A stretch of DNA of 64,000 nucleotides. Origin: a virus. Its lineage: Duplodnaviria > Caudoviricetes. A program made the translations under genes and the position numbers. The DNA lies in the IMG/VR virus record IMGVR_UViG_2871871566_000003, positions 1-64,000 of that record. One strand, given 5' to 3'. The notes under the pieces were generated by a model that saw nothing but the letters and a program-made list of their open reading frames with translations, did not search any database and was not told the DNA's origin. Shown piece by piece: positions 56,501 through 63,036 of this stretch; the first letter of the stretch is position 1, and the number at the start of each line of letters is the position of its first letter.

Positions 56501-58949
56501 CATTATTCGGGTCTGTAATATCCTTATTCTCGTCATATCCGTTTTCCTTAAGGAATCTAAACGCTAGATTAGTGACAGTTCCATCATCATCTATGAACTG
56601 CATATCCTTCATCCTTGCGTAGCCCATCAGCGACATCATATCGTCATTGTCACGATAAAGCTTCTGTTTGTAAAGAATAGCTCTGCGCTCATCGGCATTC
56701 TTATAAGAGGTACGTGTAAGCAGCGTTCCGTTCTTGGTGTATTCAAGAATCTGTTTGTTCTTCACGTCGTTCACGCTGCGGTAGCTTTTGCCTCTTGTCG
56801 TGTTAAACAGTCCCATGGCCGCATTCACCTTCTCCTTGGTGCTCTGAGAAACGTCTGGGTCGTTCATAAAATCCGTGTAAGCAGTCTTATACTTCGGGTC
56901 TCTTGGGGCTGTCTTCGATGCGCGGTCCACCTTTACGAAAGCATCCATCAGATTCTTACCCGATGCAGAAGAAATCAATTCATTCTTCTCGTCAGGAGTC
57001 AGACGAATATCCACGGCAATAGGGGAACCGTTGGCATTCTTTCCGATCACGAAATGAGGGTTGGTATTATGTGCAAGATTATACAAAGAATTTCCGATAT
57101 GAGCGTAATTCTTAGGCTCTCCTGCCTTGAATGCCCCCACCATCACCACGTCTTCAAGCCAAGTGCCAAAAGAAATGTCCTTATCGCCTGTGATATTGTC
57201 TGCAACCATCATGGTTCCAGCCTCAACGCCGAGACCCGCGGCAGTAGCACCAAGCTTCTGTGTGCCATGCAGCCATTTCTCGCTTGTGCTCTTCTCCAAG
57301 CCAGTGATACCGAACTTTGATACCCAAGGAGCCATGATAGCACCCGATACTCCGAACATCGCACCAGTGGTAGCACCATGCCCGAATCCTTCCAATGCTG
57401 CATGACCCAATGCCGATAATGAAGTATCGTCACCGGTAGATGCCTGTCCCAGAGCCGCGGTAATGCTGGAGTAGCCACCCAGATTGAGCGCACTCTTCGC
57501 CGTCCCTTCCACCAAGCCAGAAGCAATCTTCTGTGCCATCGTCATGTTTGCAGCCTTGAATGCCAACTGCTGTGCAGTCAGTTTAGTTCCCATCTTCACA
57601 ACTCCAGCCTTGGCGAGACCTTTCATCAGGACCTGCTTTCCCAAATCCACTGTCATATTAGATGCGCTTCCAGTCATACCGAGAATAGGGGAGTCCATCG
57701 CCATGTTCGCCGCCGTTGAAACGAAACGTGCGCCCATGCCAGACTTATATCCTTCGTTAGCCTTGTAGCCATTAACGCTAGGCATGTCCTCCAAACCGTC
57801 TGCAATTGCCATCGCTTCCTGCTCTCTGGCAATCTGCTCTCTCGACTTGTCTTGTCCGGCAGACAAGGTTCCCAAGATAGAATCGCTGAGTCTTCTCACC
57901 ACATACTCCGTGGCACTCTGAGGTAAAATCTCCTCGATATTCTTAACGCCCAGTATATTCTGGGCACGCTGCATCATATGAGGAGTAACATACTTGTCCA
58001 CGTACTCCTCCACGCCCATGTTCAGCTTGTCGGCACTCTGCATGATGTGCTCCTGTAATCCCTTCTGAGAGTATATTTCCTGCAACTTGGAACTGAGGGT
58101 GTCGGCAAGTACATTCTGGCGGTTCCTGATCCTGTTGTCCTGCAAATCCTTCCACGCCTTGTTTCTCAGATAGGCATCATTGCCAGCTTTCTGCAAATCC
58201 TGCTGATACTGAGACCAAGACAAATCATCAGCCTCCTTCATTGAAGGAGCAACAAGAGCATCAATCTCAGGCGCAATAGTACCATATTTGCCGTCATTCA
58301 TCGTAAATTTGTTGCCTTCAACCTCATACTGGGCGAGATTCCTTGCATCATCCTCTCTCTGCTGCTTGGCTCTAGCTTGTTTAGCCTCAGGAGTAGAAAG
58401 CTGCTGCATCGTCTCGTTGAAATTCTTGGCAGTAGGAGTTATTCTGCTTCTGCTGATAGGGGTAGCTCTCTGCTGCTCCTGACGTGCTGACTGCTCTTGT
58501 GCTCTTTGCATGCGTGCGCGCGCATTACTAGCCTGAGCCTGCTGCAATGGAGTCATTTGGTCGTTGCGCATGTGCATCAACCGCCAGTTCTGCATGTAGT
58601 CTGTACCAGAAGTAGTAGCCGTTCTAGGCTGCTGAGCCTTCTGCTGCCTTGGCTTCCGATACTGAGCTGCGACTTCCTGCGCTCTCTGCTTCATTGTCTT
58701 TGGCTTCTCGTAATGCTCTTTTTGGTAAGCCTTCATGGTGAACAGATTAAACCCTTCCTTCTGGGCTGCGCCAACATCCTTTACAGATACGTGACCACGA
58801 TCACCTGTCTTTCGGTTTACAACTTCAAACCTCGCATCAGGATAAGCTTTTGCGAATCCTTGTGGGTCTGCGTCATAATCACTCTTCCAAACCGTGTGCT
58901 TAGCACCCGATTTGTCTCTAAATATATACTTTAATATATTATCTGGCAT
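41544..58949 (-). CDS. Giant polyvalent (DarB-like) virion protein: ParB-like, N6-adenine MTase, Strawberry-notch SF2 helicase, two zincin motifs, LPD38-like C-terminus
   Basis: VYDGNGR (ParB-like); QQYSTP, LEPSAGNG, TNPPFG (MTase); GDMTGIGKGRQ, DESH, LSAT, GRIDRTGQ (helicase); HEMIH and HEVVGH; RFATY..NFNRHG..FFNAGIQS (LPD38-like). Confidence 0.85.
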   Translation of the reverse strand: MPDNILKYIFRDKSGAKHTVWKSDYDADPQGFAKAYPDARFEVVNRKTGDRGHVSVKDVGAAQKEGFNLFTMKAYQKEHYEKPKTMKQRAQEVAAQYRKPRQQKAQQPRTATTSGTDYMQNWRLMHMRNDQMTPLQQAQASNARARMQRAQEQSARQEQQRATPISRSRITPTAKNFNETMQQLSTPEAKQARAKQQREDDARNLAQYEVEGNKFTMNDGKYGTIAPEIDALVAPSMKEADDLSWSQYQQDLQKAGNDAYLRNKAWKDLQDNRIRNRQNVLADTLSSKLQEIYSQKGLQEHIMQSADKLNMGVEEYVDKYVTPHMMQRAQNILGVKNIEEILPQSATEYVVRRLSDSILGTLSAGQDKSREQIAREQEAMAIADGLEDMPSVNGYKANEGYKSGMGARFVSTAANMAMDSPILGMTGSASNMTVDLGKQVLMKGLAKAGVVKMGTKLTAQQLAFKAANMTMAQKIASGLVEGTAKSALNLGGYSSITAALGQASTGDDTSLSALGHAALEGFGHGATTGAMFGVSGAIMAPWVSKFGITGLEKSTSEKWLHGTQKLGATAAGLGVEAGTMMVADNITGDKDISFGTWLEDVVMVGAFKAGEPKNYAHIGNSLYNLAHNTNPHFVIGKNANGSPIAVDIRLTPDEKNELISSASGKNLMDAFVKVDRASKTAPRDPKYKTAYTDFMNDPDVSQSTKEKVNAAMGLFNTTRGKSYRSVNDVKNKQILEYTKNGTLLTRTSYKNADERRAILYKQKLYRDNDDMMSLMGYARMKDMQFIDDDGTVTNLAFRFLKENGYDENKDITDPNNARLINDLRNPKSALYLYWEKYADKNGLLGYLRSESKGYTNNFMASIKELLGKEGSIVIDIDKIMRKDPMKRTDEENRIFYHVKRALEDELFPSWRPHADQSASQGKTVAEEHSLGTDNPDSGVVVDELRNLRNAEQAIDAAMDSNDVFKQTFEKLHQQGLTPAQIYDALIQNGLTQEELTPLAQYINANARVQGMQQATADAIEENVKSFISDWSYHGTLNGHAMNGEQALYVQDSSGRTLLVGSGDVAFDQTTGRAKEGSGDMLVCLDPNTKELVYVKADEVTLVQNQPIDQFAAEYRQRLQMKNSEPYNQAAQEQAMQDAAKAQQEVQPKENKNEEISNNETDGKIRKGDNANSGSDGEAEENASEGDASVQQVEQPQPSRKFADGSDVPMAMDSKGRPTPDYASMTSEQSAEILTEDFGENAEKVVDGQIQKAEKALKDAEKMKVDYTAEPNDIMEQETLKNQTIEAAKKQLTHAQNIKKAMTAKKVAETVGKTEQVEGAHEAGSVAAQKFVNAPRLVGNKRTRMLPDGETKIKGHYEIVPAESLTPSHDVNNDYKKSEGFPTDAEGRTVNDRDYEHDKAAQQNTDQIAMKYNGMAIENVPVVSDEGIVYDGNGRTMAGQKAAKEGTDGEYINDLLENAENFGFTREQIEQSGIEHPRLVMVTDERLPYDAATFAKFNRNEKKTQSNTELAVAKAKTLTSDEVGAIVAEIEGNGSLDAFFNNSKAINDLVKTLVDKGIIGQNEVAQMMDSPERLSAQGREYVKNLLLGSIFKPETIRMLGIDSTVKNKAINAIRSVMDNMKLGEFSLRDEIDQAIQLLYEARQGGNKVDTLLRTPDMFGEDAAKRYSSISQMMALALEGKVSDFRDLLDEYNRIAKARNTGEGNMFEAAPTKEELINEYLNFKKWQDYGTGHSETEGSHDVSGVEEPQQEASGGNEPAEAGTEPERTRVEEPDDLVNKELESRIKVTDEETETPSKNGPIMKQKILIDGDKEVIKVDEPNEKGEYTGSYYEYDGKKYGDLNEVVEYVDGKVKEKPLPLLPKEENPDPTFDPIAAAAQEFKKEHPLTEDEIKEADVDDLSKDMALDYLNGEVTDDLHRAIYESIFAKTRGQKTEPKVEAPKKEPSADPMEGIKNAAEAFGKEKKTKAETEKKPQQKADDAAVAASNKKVNDLWDMLKNAGKDEISASFVGLNSRQLEVLPKLVSAMAENAYLRIKRGMHNLEDVVKEMRKEFAPAAKLFKKEDVDAIYEQMMNIRYRDGEQRMSLKDWADYYEKTSPKHQENLVGDSKTAEERKMAEKRFIDVVNLQLGFKHKFNGIVELRKIAERVGLKDIKDTDLQELAETAIVKRARGIASSESTNDAVKFERIKTLYENQPSLNQRDSERVMKQQYSTPAPYAFLADMYVKGNGKVIESALEPSAGNGMLTIGLPMDKVHVNDIDAQRLANLRRQGFKNVTSQDGTQPFADKDVDVVVTNPPFGSATPKEYDGYKISSLEGQMAINALESMKDDGRAAIIIGGKTEYAKNGSLNPKDKAFLGYLYSHYNVEDVINVDGSLYAKQGTSYPTRIILINGRRNYDPEHKVFPPVDKDARAEAVKDYDELYKRIEDDILRKRGVQKEPLGLSNRERVSDVSGDSLRQKERGGNGVTNNKEHGSGPDGFISDLGTGGSDERPMGETERTPSEHMGDNAELESGRDSDFGADRGTGSASSRLDNGGRVPEGSVARNANETSNERGTGGDRKQQGGQGRSSSSVQRTVPTREGNGLGVKKEESPKRELSTEKVKYVPQSNNPFSLNSVIPADQARATKKALEKIGDVDSFLVDELGYNDADDMHHALASEQADSVALAIHQAKQGNAFIIGDMTGIGKGRQAAAMIRFAYKQGKIPVFITAKKALFSDMYRDLKSIGNSDLRPFIWAAKDKEHSADMTDSEGKLVYQLSSDKEQERVMDYLQKNGKLPDGYDYIVTTYDSFSSGTMDYEDGKKTVRKNGKGSKNGQRKRDVLEAIAKNANVIMDESHKAGGQGSGSAYLQYVVPKLNAITFLSATYAKRPDNMPIYALRTSMNQAGMKPSELIDAIKRGGATLQEVMSQALTASGQFIRRERDMTGVTIDWKTIDDPVVVEEQREQYDSIIGLFNDIINFQRTYVGAYLDKRNDELAAIQASIKNRQGTKDLGIHNQPFASRTYNMVQQVLLSLKAREAAKSAIEHLKNGEKVVIALNNTNESQTEQYEANAEMEAPDLGVVLMKGLQGVLRYDQTDDMGNKTFGTFNLEDLGPDAVARYHEIEDNIKNASTGLSLSPIDVVRDELEAAGYRVGELTGRQTMFVKNQNGTVSKVKRTNTDKKKLALDFNTNKLDALILNRSASTGISLHDSVEYDVEHKPRTMIVVQQQPDVNEEVQMRGRIDRTGQVNRGRYEYIVSQIPSEQRLLMMFKAKLKSLDANTTSSQKSKFNDMEVSDIINKYGDKVVREYMAEHLDLYARMADPFGWEGSFGEDLSTIDPQRLIVTSGGKLGGKEAGADASKLLGRMALLRVSEQEKMLQEIGELYANEIQRLNEMGENDLEITELPLKAKTLHKEVWKQGAEPGGDNAFADNTYIEKVNMAILKKPMKASEVKASQNGLTGGKTWDEYKTEKKTAVKEYFDQKIADETQKYEDRSVKAATKAKEKYIKDGKKGQKDSGMSDEQIEKMAGYQYDNIYKQEKDKLNDVVKNLKAKAEMFERVLDTFDTNSAFVLPADMNNPNELSGFGNSYGRLIDIKITDNFSPNASSVSFATLDGRRKITFPIAGKVGSGENKVDIIGSIDRMTKQAAGMGDSHLRVLNQNFDNWDRLTSNESRKNGYIVTGNLMQALVDSKDQGLGGQLVKYTTDTGEVKTGILMPDRFDPKGLTTDAPINSVVDKFELSSWHGGIDEVTSSDGEVKVKRIDNNRGYYFELRVPKSKAKGGKYFMDEDLLKLVNGNNFETRGNNMLAEFKPEQLKPVLDRLSKMGVKVQEERNTSQDEGTHFREDRGLQYSKTDTKDVKKGRIIPEDVDKNVSSQIEKKFDSAIEDIVEHAEDRDKSGIINDVSSALDDFSDYGRSTIEYFKNDYERKVEKLSGQHTGRHLGSKNDGKGNKGSYLLQYYKTVLAVADRELAYRDARAKNLRETWGLQPGGAFTLGAVERIFKETNRDKGKAKLFQRVLDINKRLGVNIKVSAESPKKRSGEADTYRNIDLYIDGLTKTKAPDYAAPTIMLHEMIHEVTMGAINLVKKGKAEGMLTPKQIEGVKTILEIYDKVKDDKERFKEEPYGLSDAYELTAQMADSRQRKAMGLSIWDKVVNAAHEFARKGDRSILQRLKDAWKKLFEVSEKDKMDKAINDIMDDFNETIDDISMNDIEQDGFAYKVTDKDELDRLNKEKTFRMYSGMQEVDGKLYSPMAAIIDGKRTDATEIGAWMGADERPDLVKNGKFQLVKTDKNPGAGEGPVPAAYNPYMHTSTSVMNDQFSGAYARGNIKVVEWEIPESEKTSSYHAEGAKNSVGLVPWTSGTVNSLLPKDRQRSVMLSRWRKAVRILPDEEVAEKIADQLRGTGLAIPWNVVTPNQLRELVKLGVPITTVEQGRQNPETKEKFLKQMAELEQEFPQAKFVNVKMTKDAFKEWGKDGGTKFRTDHGDGNYPTSSVENHVEKVAQKTGAKVNMVSSVDEITNKAAKAAIEEGRKITGWYDEKTGEVHLYMPNIHDRYTAEKTIWHEVVGHKGMRELFGDERFDKFLREVWYDLDKPENAALKKLVDEERKFNPLNIYDAIEEGIARLAEDGKGEAGFWNGIKNKVSDFLHEIGYRVAPNTKDVKYLLWLSKNLQKNPNDPYWKLRAEAVKYRLDHERMPAVVAHDGMFYGNDGKVRSMDNLTKAEWNEVTDGEIHFRTTPSAGTALDRYHRSLDEHGYMFTESYMDNMLSLKKLMNAIVPDKKIEDIASSENPYMLQNTMQGAMSDAAQMFERNVMKPLDKAMAGVLDAFDGKKDDEKIRNFNLYMITKHGLERNRVFFVRDFLKKMRMDEQKKQDADFLENSYYSDKEYLDNELKAGNIDLKEYYRQLDESIRNHFDADFDAGEHDYSGMHAIQEVAKSSDPYNDAEAIQSVMDSEAKMESIKKGAVKDYWEKVKAATQYSIDSDYKNGIISKELHGHVSNMFNWYVPLRKYDEATAEDTYGYITEQGDPKSYIGSTIMRARGHKYLSETNVLAQIGAMGNRAIKNSGMNAIKMAFARFARNNSNNNLITEVSVWYEKDPMTGIVYERYPDIPDDATPDEINQIVADFNTDMNAKSAQGLASKVYRRGSIGYKFQRAENKSQHIVDVKIAGRTHSFIINGNPRAAQALNGLLEHKNDTLAGRVAASISRNMAQLCTSYNPEFVMRNMIKDFEYASTNLLANEGLVYTKRFEQYYAKVGIIEGIRNSKLKDFADTGGFGLYAKYRNGTLDTTNKLHRYFKEFMENGGETGWVQIKNMKDFTKEYKMHIKGERSRVQKVGKGFYNAIFKNLENVNEIAENLARFATYCASRDSNRSIIRSVYDAKKVSTNFNRHGSGNAVYSFKNGEMGSFKTARRNIYGFTASWFRNSSMFFNAGIQSTNLLIKNFKNNKVGTIGYIASAPFISGMAMALLNNFIISNEDEKDRKGVKDPYGELPDYIRRNNLCVYIGGGEFVTIPLAIEERAFYGLGDFAAGMTFSKNISSQKMPNLTENKDIDKYLNPFMDAVGCMSQLVPVADYLGNSSFGKHPWQETIKALAPSATSPFLEWVYNSDWKGAPIQRENKFDENQPSWMLAYKGTPEWMINRNKEVNALTNDVAPGNEDMKGNDFLDAVTNPSALHHFYGSYFGGAATFVERVGGLIKNGKDTETKDIPFLRSLLYTPSEQSSLQRTKSKWYNYKDEMEKTMANVDRLKSKNVPLDKRITNIGEYYQFQNSKEAAKVRIIELAEKQMKRWKKLRDKSSDTESINFANQNIDRIMMDAVDELDRLE
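46961..47248 (-). CDS. Candidate nested +1-frame ORF D (95 aa)
   Basis: MKEKLKSYQ...LEPLNEFLKKQIEIKERL; lies under a G/R/K-rich linker of the giant protein. Confidence 0.35.
   Translation of the reverse strand: MKEKLKSYQDSIPDDILVVRTTVREIKALIYCNIIRPFSPSLTENLPIETLEQRISERLGDCSQEERSHLEPLNEFLKKQIEIKERLNSSKEFSI
51200..51706 (-). CDS. Candidate nested +1-frame ORF C (168 aa, acidic helical)
   Basis: LDLMDSYQIWEPEEVMSDLWEKLNEL ... TLEQIEELAQQVLDW; host frame here is a G/S/R/D linker. Confidence 0.5.
   Translation of the reverse strand: MTNFINELKMTYYVNEGCRKNPWDFPTENVFLTFPGIVSDKKSEVVTESQITRSMALDLMDSYQIWEPEEVMSDLWEKLNELHLNTWEITPNWKAEEIPTLEQIEELAQQVLDWTTEGEYLKAQLLGMPMRPATKEEQEEIESNKEDKDVPAAAFSGLFPHEREMDWE
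53645..53770 (-). CDS. Candidate nested +1-frame ORF B (41 aa)
   Basis: MEQDIQKQKEAMMFQALKNLNKKHQEEMNQQKQEQNQNEQE*. Confidence 0.4.
   Translation of the reverse strand: MEQDIQKQKEAMMFQALKNLNKKHQEEMNQQKQEQNQNEQE
55373..55495 (-). CDS. Candidate nested +1-frame ORF A (40 aa)
   Basis: MKRLVTMKQMEKFEKATMPIVEVMEKQRKMLAKAMPQFNK* preceded by AAAATAAAA. Confidence 0.45.
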   Translation of the reverse strand: MKRLVTMKQMEKFEKATMPIVEVMEKQRKMLAKAMPQFNK

Positions 58950-58959
58950 AAATTAATAA

Positions 58960-60492
58960 TTAATCTACGTGAAACTTATTCTTTGTCGTATGACTCTTTG
59001 TAGTCTTGCCCTTGTTGCCCTTCGAAGTAATAGTAACAACGCTACCTCTTGTTGCCTTTGGAGCCGATGTCGTACTTGTCTCATTATACATATAATGATT
59101 CTTCAACAAAGTTCTGAAAGAATCACCCTTCTTTCCAGGCATATTTGCAGCATAGGCAATCCAATAATTCTGCAAGTCATTGGCATTCTTTGAATCACCC
59201 GAACTTACATAGTTCTTCCAAGCATCAAGATTCGTCTTATTGATATATCCGTTCTTGATCAAGTGCTGAGTAATCTGATTCTTCTCGATAGCGTTTAGAT
59301 CATACGTTCTGTTCAAGTGTCCTGTTGGAGAGGAGAGATTGGTAAGCTTGCCGCTCTTTCCACCGCCGCCACCAGAAGCAATAGAATGAGACAACCTTGC
59401 TCTTGCTATACTATTCTTTTCCTGAGCTAGAACGATTCGAGCTGCACCTTGAGATTCAAAAACTTTATTGTGTCTTACTGTCTCATTGAACTTTTTGGTA
59501 GAAAGTTCATGGTCGAACTTGTCATTATCAAGCTGTCTTTGCAAACCTGCAGTCTTGAAGTTTCTGTTGAACTCATCGTTCTTTGCTGCACGTTCTTCCG
59601 CTTTCTGCTTGTAACCCAACATAGTTTCCTGATAAACCTTGTCTGCCTGTGCAGCAGCACTCTTAAGGTCGAGGTTTGCCTGCTTATAGGCAGCATCCGC
59701 ATCAAGGGCAGCCTGTTTCTGTCTCTGAGCCTTGCGGTCCTGATACCCCTGTTCCATCATGGCAGTAGGGTCGTTGAACACCTGCAGAGGCGCACCCTTC
59801 GAAGTGTTGACGATGTTTCCAATATGTCTGATAGCATCGGCAAAGGCAGCGATATTCTCACGGTTGGTAGTGATTCTGCGGTCATACTCATCTGGAGTCT
59901 CGCCCTCACGCATTCCCGGTCTGCTCTTCGGCATAACCTTGCCGAGCCAACTGAAAAAGCCGCCATCCCTCTGTTTAGGATCAGCCTCAAACTCTGGAAC
60001 CTGCTGTTCCTGCGGCATCTGGAAACCGCTCAGAGCAGTAGAAAGCGTATCATAGCGAGGTGTTCCGTCAGCATTCCAACCGGTAGAAGGCTGCGGCATT
60101 CCCTCAAAGTTACTCTGAGGCTGAGGAGTATTCTCTGCAGCATCGCCCATATAAGGAGTCAGTACTGGTCCCAAGGCAGGGTTTGCATTACCGCTTCCCT
60201 GCGGAACGAACTCTTCCTGCTTCGGCATCTGGGTGAAGTCTGTAATAGGTGCTGCGCCAGTCTGAACAGGCTGAGCCTCAAACTTACCGGTAGCACCGCC
60301 TCCATTCCCGAAGAAGTTAACGCCTGCGGTACCGCCATTACCCCCCGCGGCTCCTCCGTTGCCTCCATTCATCACCTGATCATAATCGGGATATTTCGCC
60401 CTCATCATATCATGCACAGCCTCAGGATAGCCGCCGATAGTTACTGGCTTCTTCCTAGGCTGCTGCGTATTCTGATTATTGTTTACTGCCAT
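58960..60492 (-). CDS. Probable internal virion/ejection protein
   Basis: Low-complexity P/Q/G N-half, coiled-coil middle, directly upstream of the giant gene. Confidence 0.55.
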   Translation of the reverse strand: MAVNNNQNTQQPRKKPVTIGGYPEAVHDMMRAKYPDYDQVMNGGNGGAAGGNGGTAGVNFFGNGGGATGKFEAQPVQTGAAPITDFTQMPKQEEFVPQGSGNANPALGPVLTPYMGDAAENTPQPQSNFEGMPQPSTGWNADGTPRYDTLSTALSGFQMPQEQQVPEFEADPKQRDGGFFSWLGKVMPKSRPGMREGETPDEYDRRITTNRENIAAFADAIRHIGNIVNTSKGAPLQVFNDPTAMMEQGYQDRKAQRQKQAALDADAAYKQANLDLKSAAAQADKVYQETMLGYKQKAEERAAKNDEFNRNFKTAGLQRQLDNDKFDHELSTKKFNETVRHNKVFESQGAARIVLAQEKNSIARARLSHSIASGGGGGKSGKLTNLSSPTGHLNRTYDLNAIEKNQITQHLIKNGYINKTNLDAWKNYVSSGDSKNANDLQNYWIAYAANMPGKKGDSFRTLLKNHYMYNETSTTSAPKATRGSVVTITSKGNKGKTTKSHTTKNKFHVD

Positions 60493-60532
60493 AGCTAATC
60501 TTTATAATCTATAGTAACCGTGTGACCTTCCT

Positions 60533-61681
60533 CTAGAGCCTTACGAACAACTCCAGAATTTCATCCAACTCAACCTCCTCAGGGCTATCCTCTGTAGGAT
60601 GAGTATCTTTGAAAGGAGAACAATTTTTCTGGTTCGTTACTGCTCCAACAGAATCGTCTCTGATAAGAGAAAGTTTCTTCTCCTCTTCCTCGCTAAAATC
60701 AAACAGCTGAGGGTTGAAACTGTAGCCATTCGCTAAGCGGCGATATTCTTTGAAGTCTTTTAATGATACTACTGGTTTATAACTAACTATAACCTTTGCC
60801 ATCTTCCGAATCATCTTTACAGCTTCAATACCGTATTCACGATACTCCTTAGAACCTTTACGAACATCTTCAACCAGCTTGGTCTTCTCTTCCAACTCCT
60901 TCTTGGTAGCCGCCAGTTCATTACCTAAGTCGGCAATCACCTCGTCCTTCTCTGCAATCACCTTCTCTTTGTATGCGAGAGCACTCTCGGCACTCTTTAA
61001 AGCCCGAGCATCAATCTCGTCAACAATCTTGGCTGCAAGCTTCTTCTTCAACTTCTCATTCTCCCCAACATACTTAAGACCTAACTCGTCAAGATTCTTC
61101 TCACGAATCTTTGTAAGGCGAAGTTCCTCGTTTTTATCACATAACTCCTGTGATAAATCCAGATTCTCGCCGAACATCTTAATCTTTCCTCTTAGGTGTC
61201 TAGAACATTCCTTCCGAAACTCCTCAATCTTCATGTTCTTCTTGTGGATGATCTTGTTCAGTCGGGTAATCTTTTCAGTGAGACGCTTAATCTTCTTCGA
61301 CTGATCATCCAACAAGGCATCGTTGAACTGGGAGGCTGCTTCCTCAAGGGCAGGGTTCCCTTCATTAAGAACATGTTTGTAGTAAAAATCATCTTTTGGA
61401 GAGGTTGAAGGGTAAATGATAACTTTATTTCCCTCTGGCTGCTCTTCAACAGGAGTCTTGGTGTTCTTTCCATACTCCTTCTTCAAGCGGGCTTCTCGCT
61501 CATCCCATTCTGTAGGAGACAAGCCAACAGTCCATCTATTTGCATTGGCAACCTTTATGGCTTCGCAAACTTCTGGCTTCTCAAATTCTCTTATCGCACC
61601 ATTCTGGTATATGACTTTCTTCGCCAAAACCAAGTGGAAACCTTCTTTCTCCAATATCTTCTTTGCTTCTTCTAATGTCAT
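60533..61681 (-). CDS. Coiled-coil hypothetical protein
   Basis: 382 aa with long heptads. Confidence 0.6.
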   Translation of the reverse strand: MTLEEAKKILEKEGFHLVLAKKVIYQNGAIREFEKPEVCEAIKVANANRWTVGLSPTEWDEREARLKKEYGKNTKTPVEEQPEGNKVIIYPSTSPKDDFYYKHVLNEGNPALEEAASQFNDALLDDQSKKIKRLTEKITRLNKIIHKKNMKIEEFRKECSRHLRGKIKMFGENLDLSQELCDKNEELRLTKIREKNLDELGLKYVGENEKLKKKLAAKIVDEIDARALKSAESALAYKEKVIAEKDEVIADLGNELAATKKELEEKTKLVEDVRKGSKEYREYGIEAVKMIRKMAKVIVSYKPVVSLKDFKEYRRLANGYSFNPQLFDFSEEEEKKLSLIRDDSVGAVTNQKNCSPFKDTHPTEDSPEEVELDEILELFVRL

Positions 61682-61692
61682 AATCTTTTGTT

Positions 61693-62010
61693 TTAATGTT
61701 TTGAAAACTGGTTTATAATATCGTCGTATGATGCAGGAATAATGCCGTTATCTGTCTCTTTGTAATAGTAGAATTTAGGATTCCACGCCTCAGCTTCCTT
61801 CTTATTTTCTACCACTAGCACATTTCGGACTTTTCCATCCTTACGTATCAACCGAGCGTAATACTCACGTTCAGTATTTACTTTATGGTTATACTGCTCG
61901 TCCATTTCTTTTAGAAACTTCACTAAATCATCTAACGTTATCTTATTATTGCTAGACTCGAATGGCTTCTCAATCTGAGACAAAAGACCTTTTCCTATCT
62001 TTACTTCCAT
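61693..62010 (-). CDS. Hypothetical protein
   Basis: 105 aa with A-rich leader. Confidence 0.6.
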   Translation of the reverse strand: MEVKIGKGLLSQIEKPFESSNNKITLDDLVKFLKEMDEQYNHKVNTEREYYARLIRKDGKVRNVLVVENKKEAEAWNPKFYYYKETDNGIIPASYDDIINQFSKH

Positions 62011-62244
62011 ATTATTTATGTTTAATCATTTTAACACTTCCAGAAAATTCAGGGGTGGGGAAAATCGGAAAACCGAAATCCAGAAAAAGGGGGTGGTGGG
62101 AGGCAGAATTTCTTTATTTGTATTATTCTACTATAATTTGCAACGGTGGTCAAAGGGGGTGGGGGTCTTGGGGTAGCCTGTTACGCCTCGTCCACCTTGC
62201 CTTGCCGTCCTTACCTGTAGCTCGTCCGCTCCACCTTCTAGCTG

Positions 62245-63009
62245 CTACCCAAGCCCCGACAAGCCGACTGCCTTCTTCAAGCGGTATTGGTTCTTCTCCT
62301 CGGGAGACATCATGCTCTCAGCCAAGTGGTCAGTAGCAGCAGAATGAGCGGTTCGGTCTTGTTGTGTTACAATTGTGTTACCAATTGGCTTTCCGTTTGA
62401 GCCTAAAGTGTTGGTTTTCACCGATTTAGCCCCTTCGAGTTGTGACCCCAATTGGTTCACACCGAAATTGAACATAGCATTTGACGCATTTTGAGCCGCA
62501 TCGCTAGTGTTCTGCGCCTTCTGCTGCTCGATTTGCTGACGCTCTCTAGACAACTGCTGAGTGTTCTGAAGGTGAGCATCCTCCACATGCTGCTTGCGAG
62601 CCGTGTCCTGTGCCGCTACGTTGGCTATCGTGTCGCCCATAGCCTTGTTAGCTGCTTCCTTCGCCATCGCTACACTTGCGGCAGTTCCACCGCCAACGGC
62701 AGCAGCACCATCAGCCTTGCGAACATACTCGTCCTGTACTTCCTTTGCCCTCCTCATGAGGTTCTGACCCGCTTTCGTGTCGAGGTAGTCCGTGTTGTAG
62801 TTCTTGTCGTACCATGCCTTCTCAGCGTTCGTTCTGTACTTGTTCTCGGCTGCTGCCCTTCTAGCTGCCTTCTTAGCCTTGTTAGCACCGAAGAGAGAGG
62901 ATGCAACACCGCCCGCCAAGGCAGCAGCACCCAATATCCACTCCTTTTTGTCCGTGAGTACAGGGCAAGAGGTCAAATGCTTTGGGATTTTTGATAATAT
63001 TTCCGTCAT
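62245..63009 (-). CDS. Probable DNA pilot/ejection protein (P22 gp7-like composition)
   Basis: ILGAAALAGGVASSLFGA, then an Ala/Gln/Lys helical body; start at MTEILSK just after a late promoter. Confidence 0.6.
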   Translation of the reverse strand: MTEILSKIPKHLTSCPVLTDKKEWILGAAALAGGVASSLFGANKAKKAARRAAAENKYRTNAEKAWYDKNYNTDYLDTKAGQNLMRRAKEVQDEYVRKADGAAAVGGGTAASVAMAKEAANKAMGDTIANVAAQDTARKQHVEDAHLQNTQQLSRERQQIEQQKAQNTSDAAQNASNAMFNFGVNQLGSQLEGAKSVKTNTLGSNGKPIGNTIVTQQDRTAHSAATDHLAESMMSPEEKNQYRLKKAVGLSGLG

Positions 63010-63036
63010 AATTGCAATTATTTGATGTTTCGAGGG

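Noticed and set aside
42849-60498. Long plus-strand ORFs opposite the giant and ejection genes (e.g. 43443-44774, 45825-46907, 48045-49025, 59449-60498)
   Set aside because: Antisense shadows in register with the coding frame; no motifs, promoters or plausible composition
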